Assembly: GCF_009914755.1 (NCBI RefSeq)
Contig: NC_060939.1
Length of the DNA: 64,000 bases
Origin: the human T2T-CHM13v2.0 reference genome, Homo sapiens
Direction: 5' to 3' (one strand)
A model generated the notes under the pieces. The model worked only from the letters and a program-made list of their open reading frames with translations, ran no database searches and was not told where the DNA came from. The position numbers were made by a program, and so were the translations under genes. Positions 29,601 through 45,846 of this stretch are shown one piece after another; position 1 is the first letter of the stretch; each line of letters opens with the position of its first letter.

Positions 29601-30357
29601 CTTCTGCTGGGTTTGGGTTTGGTTTGTTCTTGTTTCTCTTGCTCCTCGAAGTGTGACCTTAGATTGTTTATTCGTGCTCTTTCATGCTTTTTGATGTAGG
29701 CATTTAATGCTATGAACTTTCGTCTTAGCACTGCCTTTGCTGTATCCCAAATGTTTTGATAGGTTGTGTCACTATTATCACTCAGTTCAAAGAGCTTTTA
29801 AATTTCCATCTTGATATCATTGTTGACCCAATGATCATTCAGGAGCAGGTTGTTTAATTTCCATGTATTTGCATGATTTTGAGGGTATTAAAATATAAGG
29901 TACTATTCTATTCATCATGCTATTTGTTGCCTGAATACCTTGTTTTTTTTTTTTTTCATTGTGTCATTGTTTTATAGGTCCTGTGAGATTTATGCTTTAA
30001 GGAGATTCTATTTTGGTGTATTTTGAGGATTTGTTTCAAGATTTAGAGCTCCTTTTAGCAGTTCTTGTAGTGCAGGCTTGGTAGTGGTGAATTCTCTCAG
30101 CATTTGTTTGTCTGAAAAAGACTGTATCTTTTCTTCATTTACAAAGCTTAGTTACATCAGATACAAAATTCTTGGCTGATAATTTTTTTGTTTAAGGAGG
30201 CTAAAGATAGGACCCCAATCCCTTCTAGTTTGTAGGGTTTTTGCTGAGAAATCTGATAGATTTTCCTTTATAGATTACCTGATGCTTTTGCCTCACAGCT
30301 CTTAAGATTGTTTTCCTTTATCTTGACTTTAGATAACCTGATGACTATGTGCCTAGG

Positions 30358-30538
30358 CCAGTATCACCCTAATACCAAAATCAGGACCAGACATAACAAC
30401 AACAACAACAAAACTACAGACCAATATCCCTGATGAACATAGATGGAAAAATCCTCAACAAAATACTAGTTAACTGAATCCAACAGCATATCGAAAAGAT
30501 AATCCACCATGATCAAGAGTTGCAGGATGGTTTAATCT
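30358..30538 (+). mobile_element. Inverted L1 ORF2 fragment inserted into L1PB ORF1
   Basis: Reverse complement of about 28885-29073; no polyA or TSD. Confidence 0.85.
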
Positions 30539-32449
30539 GATGATCTTTTTGTGATGAATTTCCCAGGCATTTTTTGAGCTTCTTCTATTTGGATGTCTAG
30601 ATCTCTAGCAAGGCTGGGGAAGTTTTCCTCTATTCCCTCAAATATGTTTTCCAAACTTGTAGATTTCCCTTCTTCCTCTGGAACACCAATTATTCTTAGG
30701 TTTGGTCATTTAACATAACGCCAAACTTCTTGGAGCCCTTGATTATTTTTTTAAATTCTTTTGTCTTTGTCTTTGCCAGATTGGGTTAATTTGAAAGCCT
30801 TGTGCTCTGGCTCTGAAGTTCTTTCTTCTACTTGTTCAGCTCCCTTGTTGAGACTTTCTAGTGCATTTTGCAGTTCTCTAAGTTTGTCCTTTATTTCCAG
30901 AGTTGTGATTGTTTTTTATTTGTGCTATTTCACTGGACATTTTTCCATTCATATTCAGTATCTTTTTTTGATTTCTTTAAGTTGGACTTCATCTTTCTCT
31001 GGTGCCACCTTGATTGGCTTAATGGTTGACCTTCTAAATTCTTTTTCTGGCAATTCAGAGATTTCATGTTGGTTTGGACCCATTGCTGGTAAGCTAGTGT
31101 GATCTTTTGGGGGTGTTAAAGAACCTTGTTTTGTCATAGTATAAGAATTGTTTTTCTGGTTCCTTCTCATTTGGGTGGACTATATTGGGAGAAGATCTGG
31201 GACTCAAGGGCCACTGTTCAGATTAGTTTGTCCCATGGGGTGCTCCCTTAATGTGCTGCTTTCCCCTTTTCCCTAGAAATGAGGCTTCCTGAGAGCCAAA
31301 CTGCAGTGCTTGTTATTTCCTTCTGAATCTAGCCACCTGGAAGAGCTACTGGGCTCTGGTCTGGTACTGGGGAGTGTCTGCAGAGTCCTGTGATGTGATC
31401 CATCTTCAGGTCTCTCAGTCACGGATACCAGCACCTGCTCTGATGGAGGTAGCAGAGGAGTGAAGAAGACTCTGTGAGGGTCCTTGTTTGTATTTTTATT
31501 AAGTGCACTGGTTTTGTGATGGTTGGCCTCCTGCCAGGAGGCGGTGCTTTCAAGATTGCATCAGCTACAGCAGTACAGGGAGGATCAGGAGGTGGGTGGG
31601 GCCATAGAGCTCCCAAGATATATTATGTCCTCTGTCTTTGGAGTTCCTCTGCTGTCCCACAGAGCCTTCGGCTGCAATCCATCTCCTTCAAAGGGTCTGT
31701 GGATTATCTCAGCTCTCCTGGAATGTTCCTGCAGTAGTTCTTCGAGTCAAAGTTCACGATGTGGGTCTCCACACACTGCTGTGTCCATCCAAGTGGGAGC
31801 TGCAAGTTAGTCCTGCCTCCTATCTGCCATTTTCCCTCCCAGATCCCCAGTGTCTCTGCTTTCATTTTCCTGCTTTCTAGTGAGTTAAGCAAACATTTTT
31901 TAGACTTATATTTTTATTTACCTATAGTGTTTTTAAGTGAATCTTTTTTTTCCTCTATTTTAGTGAATATCTGTATGGTTTTTTAAGTGGCTGTTTTTGG
32001 TATTAAATTATATATACATAACTTATTATTCTACTGATGTCAACATTTTGCCAATTTGAATGAAGTATATTAATCTTACCTTCCCTTACATCTCTCTGTC
32101 CTATACCACTTATAGTATAAGTAACTATTTCTTCTATAGCACATTTAAGACTTCATCAATGATGTTATAATTTTTATTTCAACTCTCAAACATAATTTAG
32201 AAAACTCAAGATGTGAAGAAAAATGTAGTATATTTAACCTCGATCTCCACTCATTCCATTGTTCCTTCTTCTTTCCTGATGTTCTAAGATTTCGTCTTTT
32301 ATCACTTTCTTTGTTTGAGATTTTCCTTTAGCCACTCTCTTATGGTAGGTCTCCTGGCAACAAATTTTCTCGGTTCTCATTTATTTGATAATGACTTGAT
32401 TCCCCCCTAATTCCTTAAGGGTATTTTCTCTAGATATAGAATTTTGGGT

Positions 32450-33140
32450 TGGGGCCTAAGAGATCAAAATAGATGCCCCTTTATCAACTAAGATGGACCC
32501 CAAGGTTAAGGTGAGTTACCTTCAGGTCGAGGGTAAAAGGCTCAGCTGGCATGGGAACTTTCTCAATTCATGCAACCACAAGAAAATCACTCTTGCTAAA
32601 CTCCCTAACAATAGGAGCTATGGGGCAAATTCTCAGGCCCTTCTTAACTCTGATTTACAATCCAGACCACTACAACTTTGAATGGACAGAAGACTGGCCT
32701 TACACACATTATTTCCTGATAAGCAACTGCAGACCTTAAGCCCATTTCAGCAGCTTATAGAGACTGCATACAAATGGTGTTTGCTCCCTATACTTCACCT
32801 TTGGATGTAAAGAGCCAAATTCCACCCTATTTTAATGCTAAAAGCCTGCCCCAAAGTGAACATGGGATATATATTACATATGTGTTTACCTATTGCACAT
32901 GTGCCCAACTTCCCTCATTAATATGAACGGCTTTTCCCCTAAATCTGCTGAATATGTTTGACTCTATTGTGTGATACAGGCTCTGTAAGACATAAAACCT
33001 AACCTTCCCTTTTCCTCTTCAAAGAGAGAGCACCTTCAGTCCACACCAGAGACTGTCTCTTCCCAGTTTACAAATTGGTATCGCCAATAAAGCTGTCCTT
33101 TCTACCATGTATAGCCATCCTGGGTGGTCTTTGCATGACA
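32450..33140 (+). mobile_element. ERV1 solo LTR, MER67C-like
   Basis: aaaatagatgcccctttatcaactaagatggaccc; AATAAA near 33086; TG...CA ends; 4-bp flanks gggt / gcgt. Confidence 0.75.
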
Positions 33141-35486
33141 GCGTTGGCAGTTCTTTTCTTTCGGCTCTTGTTAAATGTTGTGCCACTTCCTTCTAGCTAG
33201 CCTCCATGGTTTCTAATGAGAAGTGTTCTTTTTTAGATTGTTTTTTTTCTCTATAGATAAGATGTTTTTCTCTTGCTGCTTTCAAGCTTTTTTTCTTTGT
33301 CTTTAGTGTTCACAAGTTTGATTATGATGCATCTTGGCATGGATTTCCTTTAATTTATTCGTTTTGGAGCTCCCTCAGCTTTTTGAATCTGTATTTTGCC
33401 AAGTTTCTGTCTTTTGCCAAGTTTGGGTTTTTTTTTTTTTTTCAGCAGTTATTTCTTCAAGTGCTTATTAAGCTACACCCCTTTCCCTTTCTTTCTGGGA
33501 TTCTGATAACACAAATGTTAGATCTTCTATTACACAGTCCTCCAGGTCACTGAAACGATGCTTACTTTTTTGCAGTCGACTTTGTCCCTGTGGTTTGGAT
33601 TTGGGTAATTTCCATTGTTCTGTCTTCAGGTTCACCGGTTTTCTTCTTCTGGACCCTCCATTCTGCTGTTGACCCCATCCACTGAGCTTTTTATTCCCAA
33701 TGCCCTATTTTTAAGTTCTTTTTTTTTCTTCCATTTTTTTCTTCATGTCTTTTCTTTCTTGAGATTTTCCATTTCTTACTGAGACTTTTTCAGTTTTCAC
33801 TCATTTCAAATGTGTTTGTAATTGCTCATTGAAGCATTTTTATCATGGCTGCTTGAAAAATCTTTGTCGGATAATTCTAACATCTCTGTCATCTCAGTGT
33901 TAGTGTCTATTGCTTTTTTTTTCATTTAAGTTGAGATTTCCAGGTTCTTCATATAACAAGTGATTTTCACCTGGAACCCAGACACTTTGAGTATTATGTT
34001 ATGAGGGCTTGAATCTTATTTAAACCTTCTGTTTTAGCTGGCTTTCTCTGACACTACTGCAAATGAAGAGAAGTCACTGCCTTGTTATTGTCAAGCGCAG
34101 ATTCCCTTCTGGCCTCCATTGACACTGAGAAGGGAGAAGACTCCTTGTTACTGCTGGGCAGTGGTGGGAATTCCAGCTGCCTACTAGCCCTGGCTGGGAG
34201 GGGCAGGAGTGTTTCACCACTGTTCTCCACGTGGCCTCTGCTGACACTGCAGGTGGGAGGGGGTGCCTCATAACTGCTTAGCATAGATGAAAGCCCCAGC
34301 TTCCTGCACAGCCGTCTCTGACACCTCTGCCTCACGGGAGCTGGAGCACCTTGCTCTGCAGCCTGATGAGGGTGGAAGTCTAGGCTCACCCATTCAGCAT
34401 GGGTGGAAGGTGCCAAGGTTTTTCTGTAGAGTTTGGCTGGAGCAGCAGTCATGGACTAAACGTTTTCTGTCCTTCTAGGCTTCCCCTTTCCTGGTCCTTT
34501 GATTAAAGAGAGAAGGCTTTTGTTGTTTTTGTTGTTGTTGTTGTCTGTAGCCATTGGTGTTTCCAGTTTGCCTGCTTCTTCAAGCTCCACGTCTGAGACA
34601 TGTGATACAAAAGGAGAGCCCAGGGAACTCATCATAGTCATTCCCTGGGTCCTGAGGTCCCTGGTCCATTGCCTTCTTCCCTCAATCTTTTGGAGTCTTC
34701 TTATGCTGCTTTTATTAATAATAACCCATGTTTTTCATTGCACTTAGCAAAAGGAGTAGGGATAGTATGTCTATGCCATCTTCCTGGACCATTTGGATTT
34801 TCAGGTGTGAATTTTCCTGTATCTACCCAGGATTGGGTACCTAAGTTGATTTATCACACTACAAAGAGGCTGCTCTTTAAATATATTGCAGATCTCCACG
34901 ACCACATTATATTGCTTTGCTTCTGAGGAGAAATTGCAGGGCAGAAACTATCCAAATTTTACTTTAGAGTTAGGATACAGCACCATGACATAAAACCCAT
35001 GAAAACATAAGACAACTTACTGAGAATTTCAGGGTACTAAATCAACTCTTTGTGGTTTGATTCTTACACAAGTCTCAGAACAAATTGCTGTATTAAATAT
35101 TATTATTATCATTATTATTTTGGAGATAGAGGTAGAATTACAGTGATGCTGATCATGTTTCAGAACCCCCCACTTTCATGGGCCTTTCCGAATCCCTAGT
35201 TCACATGGTTACACGTTATACAATCTACAAGAATAACGGATTTTATTTGTAGTTGGTTGTGACTACTTTTTGTTGCCATTCTGATATCCTCTCTGTCATA
35301 TGTCCCCTCTTGTTGGGTAACTTTTGAAGTGACTATGTACAGTTTGGGCATTCATTAAGGGGAAGGGAGCAGGGGATACATTTAATTCGGGTTTAATGAG
35401 ATGTGTTTATGTGATTCATACTCATTTCCATCTATAGTTAAATTATTGGAAGTTATCTGGTATAAAAATGTTTCAAAATTTCCTTA

Positions 35487-35908
<422 letters not shown>

Positions 35909-36082
35909 ATATATTTCAGATTGGCCATTGCTCAAGTGTCCTGAAATCTCACAGCTCAGATATCTCAGAAACTGGATAAAGATTTCTCTAAATTTGAAAT
36001 AATACAAAACTTTACATGACATTTTGTTAATGACAAGGTATGAAGCTGAAAACTTTTCTAAACTATCAATAAAAAAAAATCA

Positions 36083-36400
<318 letters not shown>

Positions 36401-36744
36401 AATTTTAATGAATAGTGTTAAAGGAAAGCCTCATTTATCTTTTAATTCTCTCTATAGAAAATGCCATTGCAAAATATTGTCAAAAGCATAAGAAAGAAGT
36501 GTCCTAGAGGTATGTTAAAGTAGAAAATTAATTTTTAAAATTTTATAAGATATTTGAGGTTTAAAATTTATAATTTCTTGTGATTTATTTTCTCATTAAA
36601 TATTCACCTTTGTATATAGTTTTGTTTGTAAAACTTTATATTCTTTTACTTTGTAGGATCTTTCAACGATAGAAGCATTGGGCCCCACACAGCTGGATCT
36701 GCTCATGTGGAGGCCTTTCTTTGGGTCCGTAGACATCCATGGCA

Positions 36745-37130
36745 CTGGTCAGGGGCCTGGTTGGAACCAACAGAAGCCAATCAATTTGGTTTCAGCAGGA
36801 AGGGATTTATTGATTAGTTTGAGAAATCTCACAGTTCTGTCGGGGAGGATTGAAGGACTCAGCTCTGGGCTGTGCCTCGAACCACAGAATGGCAAAGCTG
36901 GCCTTACTGCCCTCAAGGCCACCCTGCCTCCACCATGCTGTTCCTGCATCCTCCACATGGATGCCCACCCTGTGTGGTGCGTCCCGGACCCCATTCTGAG
37001 CCACAGACTCACATGGTGTCTGATGGGCAGGTGCCAAATCAGGCTGGGAAAAGATGTCAGTGTGAAAGGCAGGGTTGACAAAGTGGGGGGTTGGGAAAAC
37101 GTCTAGAACACTTGTAAAAAGATGATAGGC
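36745..37130 (-). mobile_element. Old MaLR/ERVL LTR remnant
   Basis: aacagaagccaatc...ggtttcagcaggaagggatttattg (antisense LTR polyA region). Confidence 0.45.
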
Positions 37131-38269
37131 CTCCCTACTGACCAATGTCCACTACACCTACTACATAACAAGGATCCTCTGAGTTCCAAGCACAGACAGG
37201 TAAGGAAGGCAGAGTCCCGACTTCCAGAATGCCCAGGAGCATGGGTCAGACAGAGTGGTACCCAGACACCCCAAAGGAGAGCGTAAGGGTTCCAGCCACA
37301 GGCGCCATACTCAGACTGTGACTTATGGGAAGGGAGGACCATGGATTGGTGATTTTCCAGCTGATTGATCACGAGAGAGTAGAGTCAAGGGTTGGCCTCT
37401 CTGGCACCAGAGCAGACCATCTCCAGCTTAGAGTTACTGTTGCTGCTGTGGCTACTGCCTCGGGAATTCTCAGTTTCTGGTAAATGTTACATTCCATCAC
37501 ATTTGCAAAAAAGAAGAGAGATTTAAAAACCTAAAAATATAATATATACCAAACAGCCTCTTCTTCCCTCACCCACATAGGCACAGAATATAAATTAAGG
37601 TGTTCTTTCAGAGTTTCTAAATTTGTATGTATCTACAGGATCAAAAAATGAAAGGATAACTAAAATTTTATTTCAAAAATACAATCTCCTAGCAGTTGAA
37701 ACATAAAACATTTGTTAGGAACGTTCCTTCTGTAATGCAGGATGGGGAGAGAATGCATAAAATAGTAATGATTATTTCAAATATAAAGACCACGAAGACA
37801 GAAATAGGTAGAAAGATGCTGCTGACCCAACTTGATATTGAAACCATTTTCCCTGGTGCTGGGATATCATCTGCTTTGGAAAAGGGCCAAAGAAAGTGGC
37901 ATTACGTTCCATAATATACATGACAGGCCCTGGATGCTTATCATGTCTGTTGTTTGGAAATTAAAAGTCTAGGTGTTTCTGAGACATTCTGATTTTTCAA
38001 TCAGTCACACCCATTGGCCCCTAAGGCACCTGCCAGATTCCAGGTTCAGATATTTGGTCTGGAAAATGTGATCACTATAACTTAGAGGTAAGCAAGAAGA
38101 CAATGGATTTACTGAGTTATTACTCTACACCAGACCCCAAGCATTGCTTTTCATGAGGCATCTCACTCCCTCCTCTTTGCCCCACTGGGAGGTGGCTACA
38201 ATGACAACCTGGCTTCCCATTTCAGTGAAGAGACAGACACCATCAGAAAGTGCTTCTGCAAGCCCCCCC

Positions 38270-38895
38270 TACCCCTTCTATGCCGGCTCATCTTCCCACC
38301 CATCCTTCCCACCTAAAGCCAGCCCTCTGCCTATGCACCAGACATTGGCTTCTGCCTACTCAAGGATGTGTCCAGCAGGGCTTGCTTCTCTCGCCTGCAT
38401 TGTTCATTTCCCCTTTGCAGGATCATTCCCATCAGATGCATGGATGAAACCTAGATGCCCCTTCCCCCAGTCCTCTCCGGCTACTGCTTCTCGTTCCCCT
38501 TTACAGCATAACTGAGGAACATGAAGGAGCATTATTCTCCCAGTCCTCTCCTCCAGCATAAACTGAGCCCACACTAGTCAGCTTCCCTCACCCTCCTCAT
38601 CCCATGGAAATAGCTCTAGTCAAAGTCACTACATGCCCCTCCACTGCCACTCCTAATGTCAACTCTCAGTCCTTATCTCACATGACTCATTGGCACCATG
38701 GGAACCAGTTGGTCTCTGCCTCCTACTTAAAGCACTTTCCCCAGGAGGCTCCCAGGACCATGTACTCTTCCAGTTCTCTTCCAGACCCACATCCATTCCT
38801 CAGGCTCCTTAGTCTTTTCTCCTCAGCTCCCAGGCCTCTTGATGTCATTGCACCCTGGCTCAAGTTGGCCATTTTCTCCCCTCAATTGCAGTACC
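38270..38895 (+). mobile_element. L2 (L2a-like) RT-region remnant
   Basis: atggaaatagctctagtcaaagtcact...ctctcagtccttatctcacatgac matches decayed L2 TETALVKVT...LILLDL. Confidence 0.7.
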
Positions 38896-38904
38896 CCTGA
38901 GGCT

Positions 38905-39136
38905 TTCCATCCACCATGGCAGTGAGCTTGGAAGTGTGTTCTCCCCAGGCAAGCCTTCAGATGAGACTGCAGCCCCCGCCGACACTTTGATTGCAGCCTT
39001 GACAGGTGAGAGACCTTGAGTCAGAAGCAGCAAGCAAAGCCATACCCAGATTCTCACCCAGAAAAACTGAGAGATAATAAATGTTTGTGTTTTTAAAGTT
39101 TTAGAGTAATTTGTTGCATAGCAATAGATAATACAT
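38905..39136 (+). mobile_element. MLT1F-like MaLR LTR 3' half
   Basis: aagccttcagatgagactgcagcccc...gagataataaatgtttg...gcaatagataataca. Confidence 0.75.
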
Positions 39137-39284
39137 TCTTCTATGACCTACGCTTTGCCCTGTTTAAGCTTCGAAGCTTTCCCAATTCTAGCCTTCTGGC
39201 ATCTAGAGGATAAATCTGTGCCTTCCTCAGTAGGTTCCCAGAATATAAGAGAAGTTTGATTTTAGAAAGATGATAATTTCTTCT

Positions 39285-39587
39285 GGCTGAGTGTGGTGTT
39301 TTATGCCTGTAATCCCAGCACTTTGGGAGGCTGAGGCAGAATAACTGCTTGAGACCAGGAGTTCAAGACCAGCGTGGGCAACATAGCAAGATCCTATCTC
39401 AAAAAAAAAAAAAACTAAAAAATTAGGCATGGTAGTGTCCACCTGTAGTCCCAGCTATTCAGGAGACAGAGACATGGGGATCATATGAGCCTAACAGTTC
39501 AAAGCTGCAGTGAGCTATGATCAAGCCACTGCACTCCAGCATGGGCAATAGAGCAAGACCCAGTCTCTATAATTTTTTTTTTTAAAA
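39285..39587 (+). mobile_element. AluJ
   Basis: J-type gctgcagtgagctatgatc; degenerate TSD agaaagatgataattt / agaaaggtgatcattt. Confidence 0.9.
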
Positions 39588-40324
39588 GAAAGGTGATCAT
39601 TTTATATAAGCAATTTTCTCCATGTGTTATGTTATTAAAGATTTAAACTGGACTCAGAGTTCAGCAGAGGGGAAGAATCAGTGTCCACTAATGTCCTGTT
39701 TTCTCTTCCTGCATGATTTGCGGCAACTTTGAAAACTCCCTTTTTCTTTGTGTGCCAAAAAGTCTGGCTTCTCAGCCTCATTCCCAAGCGGCCTTCTCTG
39801 GGTTATGGAAGGAATCCACTTGCCTCTGGAGGAGGGCTACGCAAAGATGTCCACCTCCTCACATATCTTGTAGGACCATGGCATGAGGCAGAGCCCTGGC
39901 CAAGTACTCCACGAACCAGATCCAGCTGAAGTAATTATTGCATTCCAAGATCCAAAGTGTATCCAGCCGTGGGAACAAAAGCTTCATCTTATGTTCCAGT
40001 GGGACTGGCTGCTTGCAGTGCTCTGCGGAGAAGGATGTAAAGGCCAAGTTCACACTCTGTGGGAAAGAATGCCATGGTCAGTGATCAGCTAGTGATGTCT
40101 GTCATGATCACAGGGATGGGAAGTGGAGGCAGGCTTTCCACTGATGATGCTCCCTCCATTCCTTACAAAATCTTTCCCCCTTGTCCTGAAGGCCTTTTGA
40201 ATAAGCTCTGCATCCAGTTGTGTCTAGGTACTTTTAAAAACAGAAAGGGCACAATCGGAAATGGCAGCCCAAGGCCCACCCAACCCCAGGTTAGGTCCCA
40301 TTGATCTTGTCAACTGTTCATTCA

Positions 40325-40650
<326 letters not shown>

Positions 40651-41092
40651 GAAAAGAAAGGAAAGGCAGGCCAGACGAGAGGTCCAGGAAGTCAGGCAGG
40701 AAGCTGCAGGTTTGTGTTGGGTGGGAACATGGGGGTGATAGTAACCCGGCATAGGGCAGCCACAGGCAGTGAAGACAGAGGGAACAACAACCCCCCATCG
40801 ATGGATTGTACTGGGAAGAAATGCAGAAAACTCACAGCCTCATCTTCCGCTGAAACACAGGCATCCTCGGAGGTGGTTGATCCAGATCCATTTAACCATC
40901 TGTGGATGGAGGTAGCTGACCACGGTGGGTGACAGGCTCACCATAGAGCTCGGGACTGCAAGGTCCACCCTCAGGTGCAAAGAGCACTTTACCTTTTCAG
41001 GGGCCTTAGGCTCCCTCTACCTCCCTACTGGAAATAAGTATTAAGCAGTGGTGGGCTGATAAATGCTCAACAGCTGGCCCTCTGGAGGGAAA

Positions 41093-41095
<3 letters not shown>

Positions 41096-41133
<38 letters not shown>
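41096..41133. repeat. (TG)n microsatellite
   Basis: Direct reading. Confidence 0.95.
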
Positions 41134-41134
<1 letters not shown>

Positions 41135-41561
41135 TGTACATACACATATAAATGAAGAGATAATTTATTATAAATGTTACTGATATAAAGAATGTACAAC
41201 AAAACATAATGATACAATATCCTTTACTATAAGCTGCATATAGTTGGTTGATCCTCACAGAATGCCTTTGTTGAGTTTTTCCAAACTCTTGTATCTACAG
41301 CCTATGTCTGTTTGCATATGATGACTAAGTGTGCTTTACACATGAGGGTTGGCTATTTTCATTTCGTTTCATTCTCATGAGGCTGATATTTTCATTTATG
41401 TTAACAAGTAAAAGTGAGACAATGAAGGCGAATATCAGAAGTTCACTTATTCATCAATGTCACAAGTGACTTCCTTGCTGAATCAATCAGGCCACAGTTT
41501 TTAAGCACTGGAAGAATAAATCCTCAATTTTTTTGCTTGTCACAATATAGGGGTGCATCAG

Positions 41562-42065
41562 TGTAGTAGGTTAAATAATGGCCCTCAAATAATATACGCA
41601 GATCTCAATCTATGAAGCCTGCAAATGTATCTTATGTGGCAAAAGGGACTTTGCAGATGTGATTGAGTTGAGGATCTTGAGAAGGAGACATTATCCTGGA
41701 TTACATGGGTGGGTCCCAAATGCAATCACAAATGTCCTGATAAGAGAGGATAGAGGGAAATCTGACATAGAAGAGAAGGCCATGAGAAGACAGCGTGGAG
41801 AGAATTTTGAAGACGCTAAGCCACTGCCTTTGAAGGCGGAGGAAAGGGCCACGAGCCAAGGAATGCAGCTCTAGAAGCTGGAAAAGGCAAGGAAACAGAC
41901 CCCCCTGGAGCCTCTGGAGGGAGCGGCCCTCATGGCACCCTGATTCCATCCTGCTGAAACTGATTTGGGACTTCTGACCTCCAAAACTGTAAGAGAACAA
42001 ATGTGCCTTGTTGTAAGCACCAGGTTTTTGGTAATTTGTTACAGCAGCCACAGGAAACTCACACA
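41562..42065 (+). mobile_element. MLT1D-like MaLR solo LTR
   Basis: TGtagtagg...ggcaaaagggactttgcagatgtgatt...ctagaagctggaaaaggcaaggaaacag...ggaaactcacaCA. Confidence 0.85.
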
Positions 42066-42169
42066 GGCAGTTTTTAATCTATTGCATCTCAGCTCTGAAT
42101 GCACCTTTCAATATGTGCTTTAGGACAAAGATTGGAACCTTTTAACCATTTTGAATTTAAAGTGAACAG

Positions 42170-43065
<896 letters not shown>

Positions 43066-45324
43066 AATGGCCCCAGACATGACCCACTTATAAGTTGAAT
43101 CTGTACTATTAACAATTTTTTATTACTTTCTTAAGCCTAGAAAATCAACAAAACAATAACACAAGCTCTGATTTGCAGTGTTTGCCAACTTCCATGGTGT
43201 AAATACTCCTATCATGGCCAATCCCAAGCTTTCAATGTGACATCACAGATTGTGGGCTTGGGAAGAGATGCCCAGTAGCTGTCACTATATACTCTTCCCA
43301 CGGCATTGATATAATAGATGCAAGTAACCCTCAAAGCATAGAAAATAGCAAAAGTAGTAAAACTCATTGGGAAGGGGTGTTTGTTAACATATTTGATTAT
43401 AAGTTCATATGATTAATTGTGAATAATGCCTATATTTACAACTGGCTCACAAAATCTGAGCACATTTAACGCTTGGTTCTATTGAATGTTACAAGCCAGC
43501 TCCAGCACAGCACTGGGATTAAGGGCCCCCAGCAACAAACCAGGGGGAGCTCCGCATTCTTTGGGCAATTGCTGGCCCCCTCTGGCATCAAGACAGGTCT
43601 CCGGTTCAGCCTGTGGCATTGAGATGGGGCGGTGGAGGGGGGACAGAGGAGAGGGTGCAGGCAAGAGTTTCTCTGTTGCAGGATTCACTCAGGACCTCCC
43701 ATTGCTCCTGTTTTCTGCCCTGACGTTGATGCCCCTTCATGTCCTGGCCCGAGGATGGAGGCAGCAGCCTTCCCCTGGACCCTTTCCGGCACGGTCAGAC
43801 CTGCCGTTTGCCATGCATCTGAGAGTCCTTGAGGTCATGGCAGCCGCTCTTTTGCCCCCACTTGAGGTCATTGAAGGAGAGTGAGGGAATGGCTGTAGGT
43901 ATGGTGGTCAGCGAGTCAGGAGTCTAGTCCCGACCTTACTCCTGGCTGGTGGAAAGACTGGGGGCCAGTCGGTCACGCTCCCAGGCCTGAGGCCCCACCT
44001 GTGCGGTGAGGGTGGGCCTGATGCCACTCTGAGGACTGATGACCCTGAGGCTTCTTCCAGCTCCAGGATGAAGTCCTGCCTCACGTCCACCTTAATGGCA
44101 GGCACAGTGATGCCACCTCCCAGGATCTGGCAGCTGCAGGGGCATCAGCAGGTGCTGCGGTCCTGCTGGGATAGCCTATCCCTGGGAACTGGCCCCAGAC
44201 GCTGATCTCAGGACCTGCCATCAGATAGCTCAGCCTTCGCCAAGAGAAAACAAAATGCAGGCAGGTCATCTGATCTTCCTTTTCCACTTTCCCAGGGACC
44301 AACTAGCCTTTATAATAAAACCCAGAGGAGACAGTCCCTTCCCAGAGATAAAACCCTTCCCAAGCCGTCCCTGCTACTAGGGCAACGCTGGGCGCTGCGC
44401 GGCTGGCAGGGAGCCCCAAGAGCTCTCTGCCAAGGGGGCTGGGCTGGTGGGGCTGAGGTCCCAGAGGCTGCCTGCCCAGAGCCTGTGCTAATGAGGGAAG
44501 AGGGCTACACTCCGCTTTGGAGCACCTCTCAACAGAGGGGACACCTTGGGGTCGGGGGTCAGCATGACGGATGTCTTCAAGGTTCAGTGTGCAGACAGGA
44601 CCAACCTCTCCCACAAGCAAGATGCTAAGGGAAGACCCCAGAAACAGCAAGTGCAGGACATGTGAGTATGGGGGTGATGCAGAGAGCCTCACAGTACCCA
44701 AGGACAGGGTCGGAAAGACCTGAGGTGAGTGGACCGCCCTGGCCTGGGAGGCAGCCTGTAGACTGTGGGGCCAGTGACGGTCCCCTCCTCCCAGGCGCAG
44801 TCCTCCCCTTCCTGCGTCACCCTCTGCACACCCCTCTCCATTCCTGCTGTCATGCTCGGGCCAACGTCCCAGGTCTAACTAGTGAAGCCTTTGCAAGCTC
44901 CACGCTGCACTCTTAGAGAGATCCTACTCAAAAGCAGGGCTCAGAGTGGACTTTCTTAGAAGAGACTCTCTTTTCTCTGACTGCCCTTCACCAGTGCCCT
45001 ACCCAAGGCTGCCCCCGCCCTGCCCCCACTTGCTCATTTTATCACCTGCCCCTCCTCCCCACTGTTCCTCCAGGCCTCAACCAAAGGCCCTCCTTCGGGT
45101 CATCCTTTCTTCCTTAAAACAGCGTCTGATGTCTGACCTAGTTCAAGAAAGCCGTGGCTCAGTGTCCGAGGAGCCCCGTCTGCAGTCTGCCCTGGCCACG
45201 CCTAGCTGCATCTCCCTGTGCTTAAACAAAGTGTCGCTAAGTCGGGAATTCATGGGCCTGTTAGCAGCGGCTTGGCTTCCACATGTCCCCTTTCATGGTC
45301 TCACTAGTGAAAGGTAGATGAAAG

Positions 45325-45644
<320 letters not shown>

Positions 45645-45699
45645 CTAACTTGCTAGGTTATTCAGGAGGGAGAGAGGACAGAAATTACAAATAAATATT

Positions 45700-45846
45700 G
45701 ATATGTATACATACACCCGTACTGTAGATAGGTGTATGTGTATATATGTGCAAATGACTGTATATTATGCATACACATGTGTGTATGTGTGTGTGCACAT
45801 GGTATAAATGTGTGTATATGTACATATGTATTTATACACACATGTA
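45700..45846. repeat. TG/TA low-complexity tract
   Basis: Direct reading. Confidence 0.85.

Noticed and set aside
37450-38080. Possible hAT-Blackjack-like element
   Set aside because: Only a weak terminal resemblance
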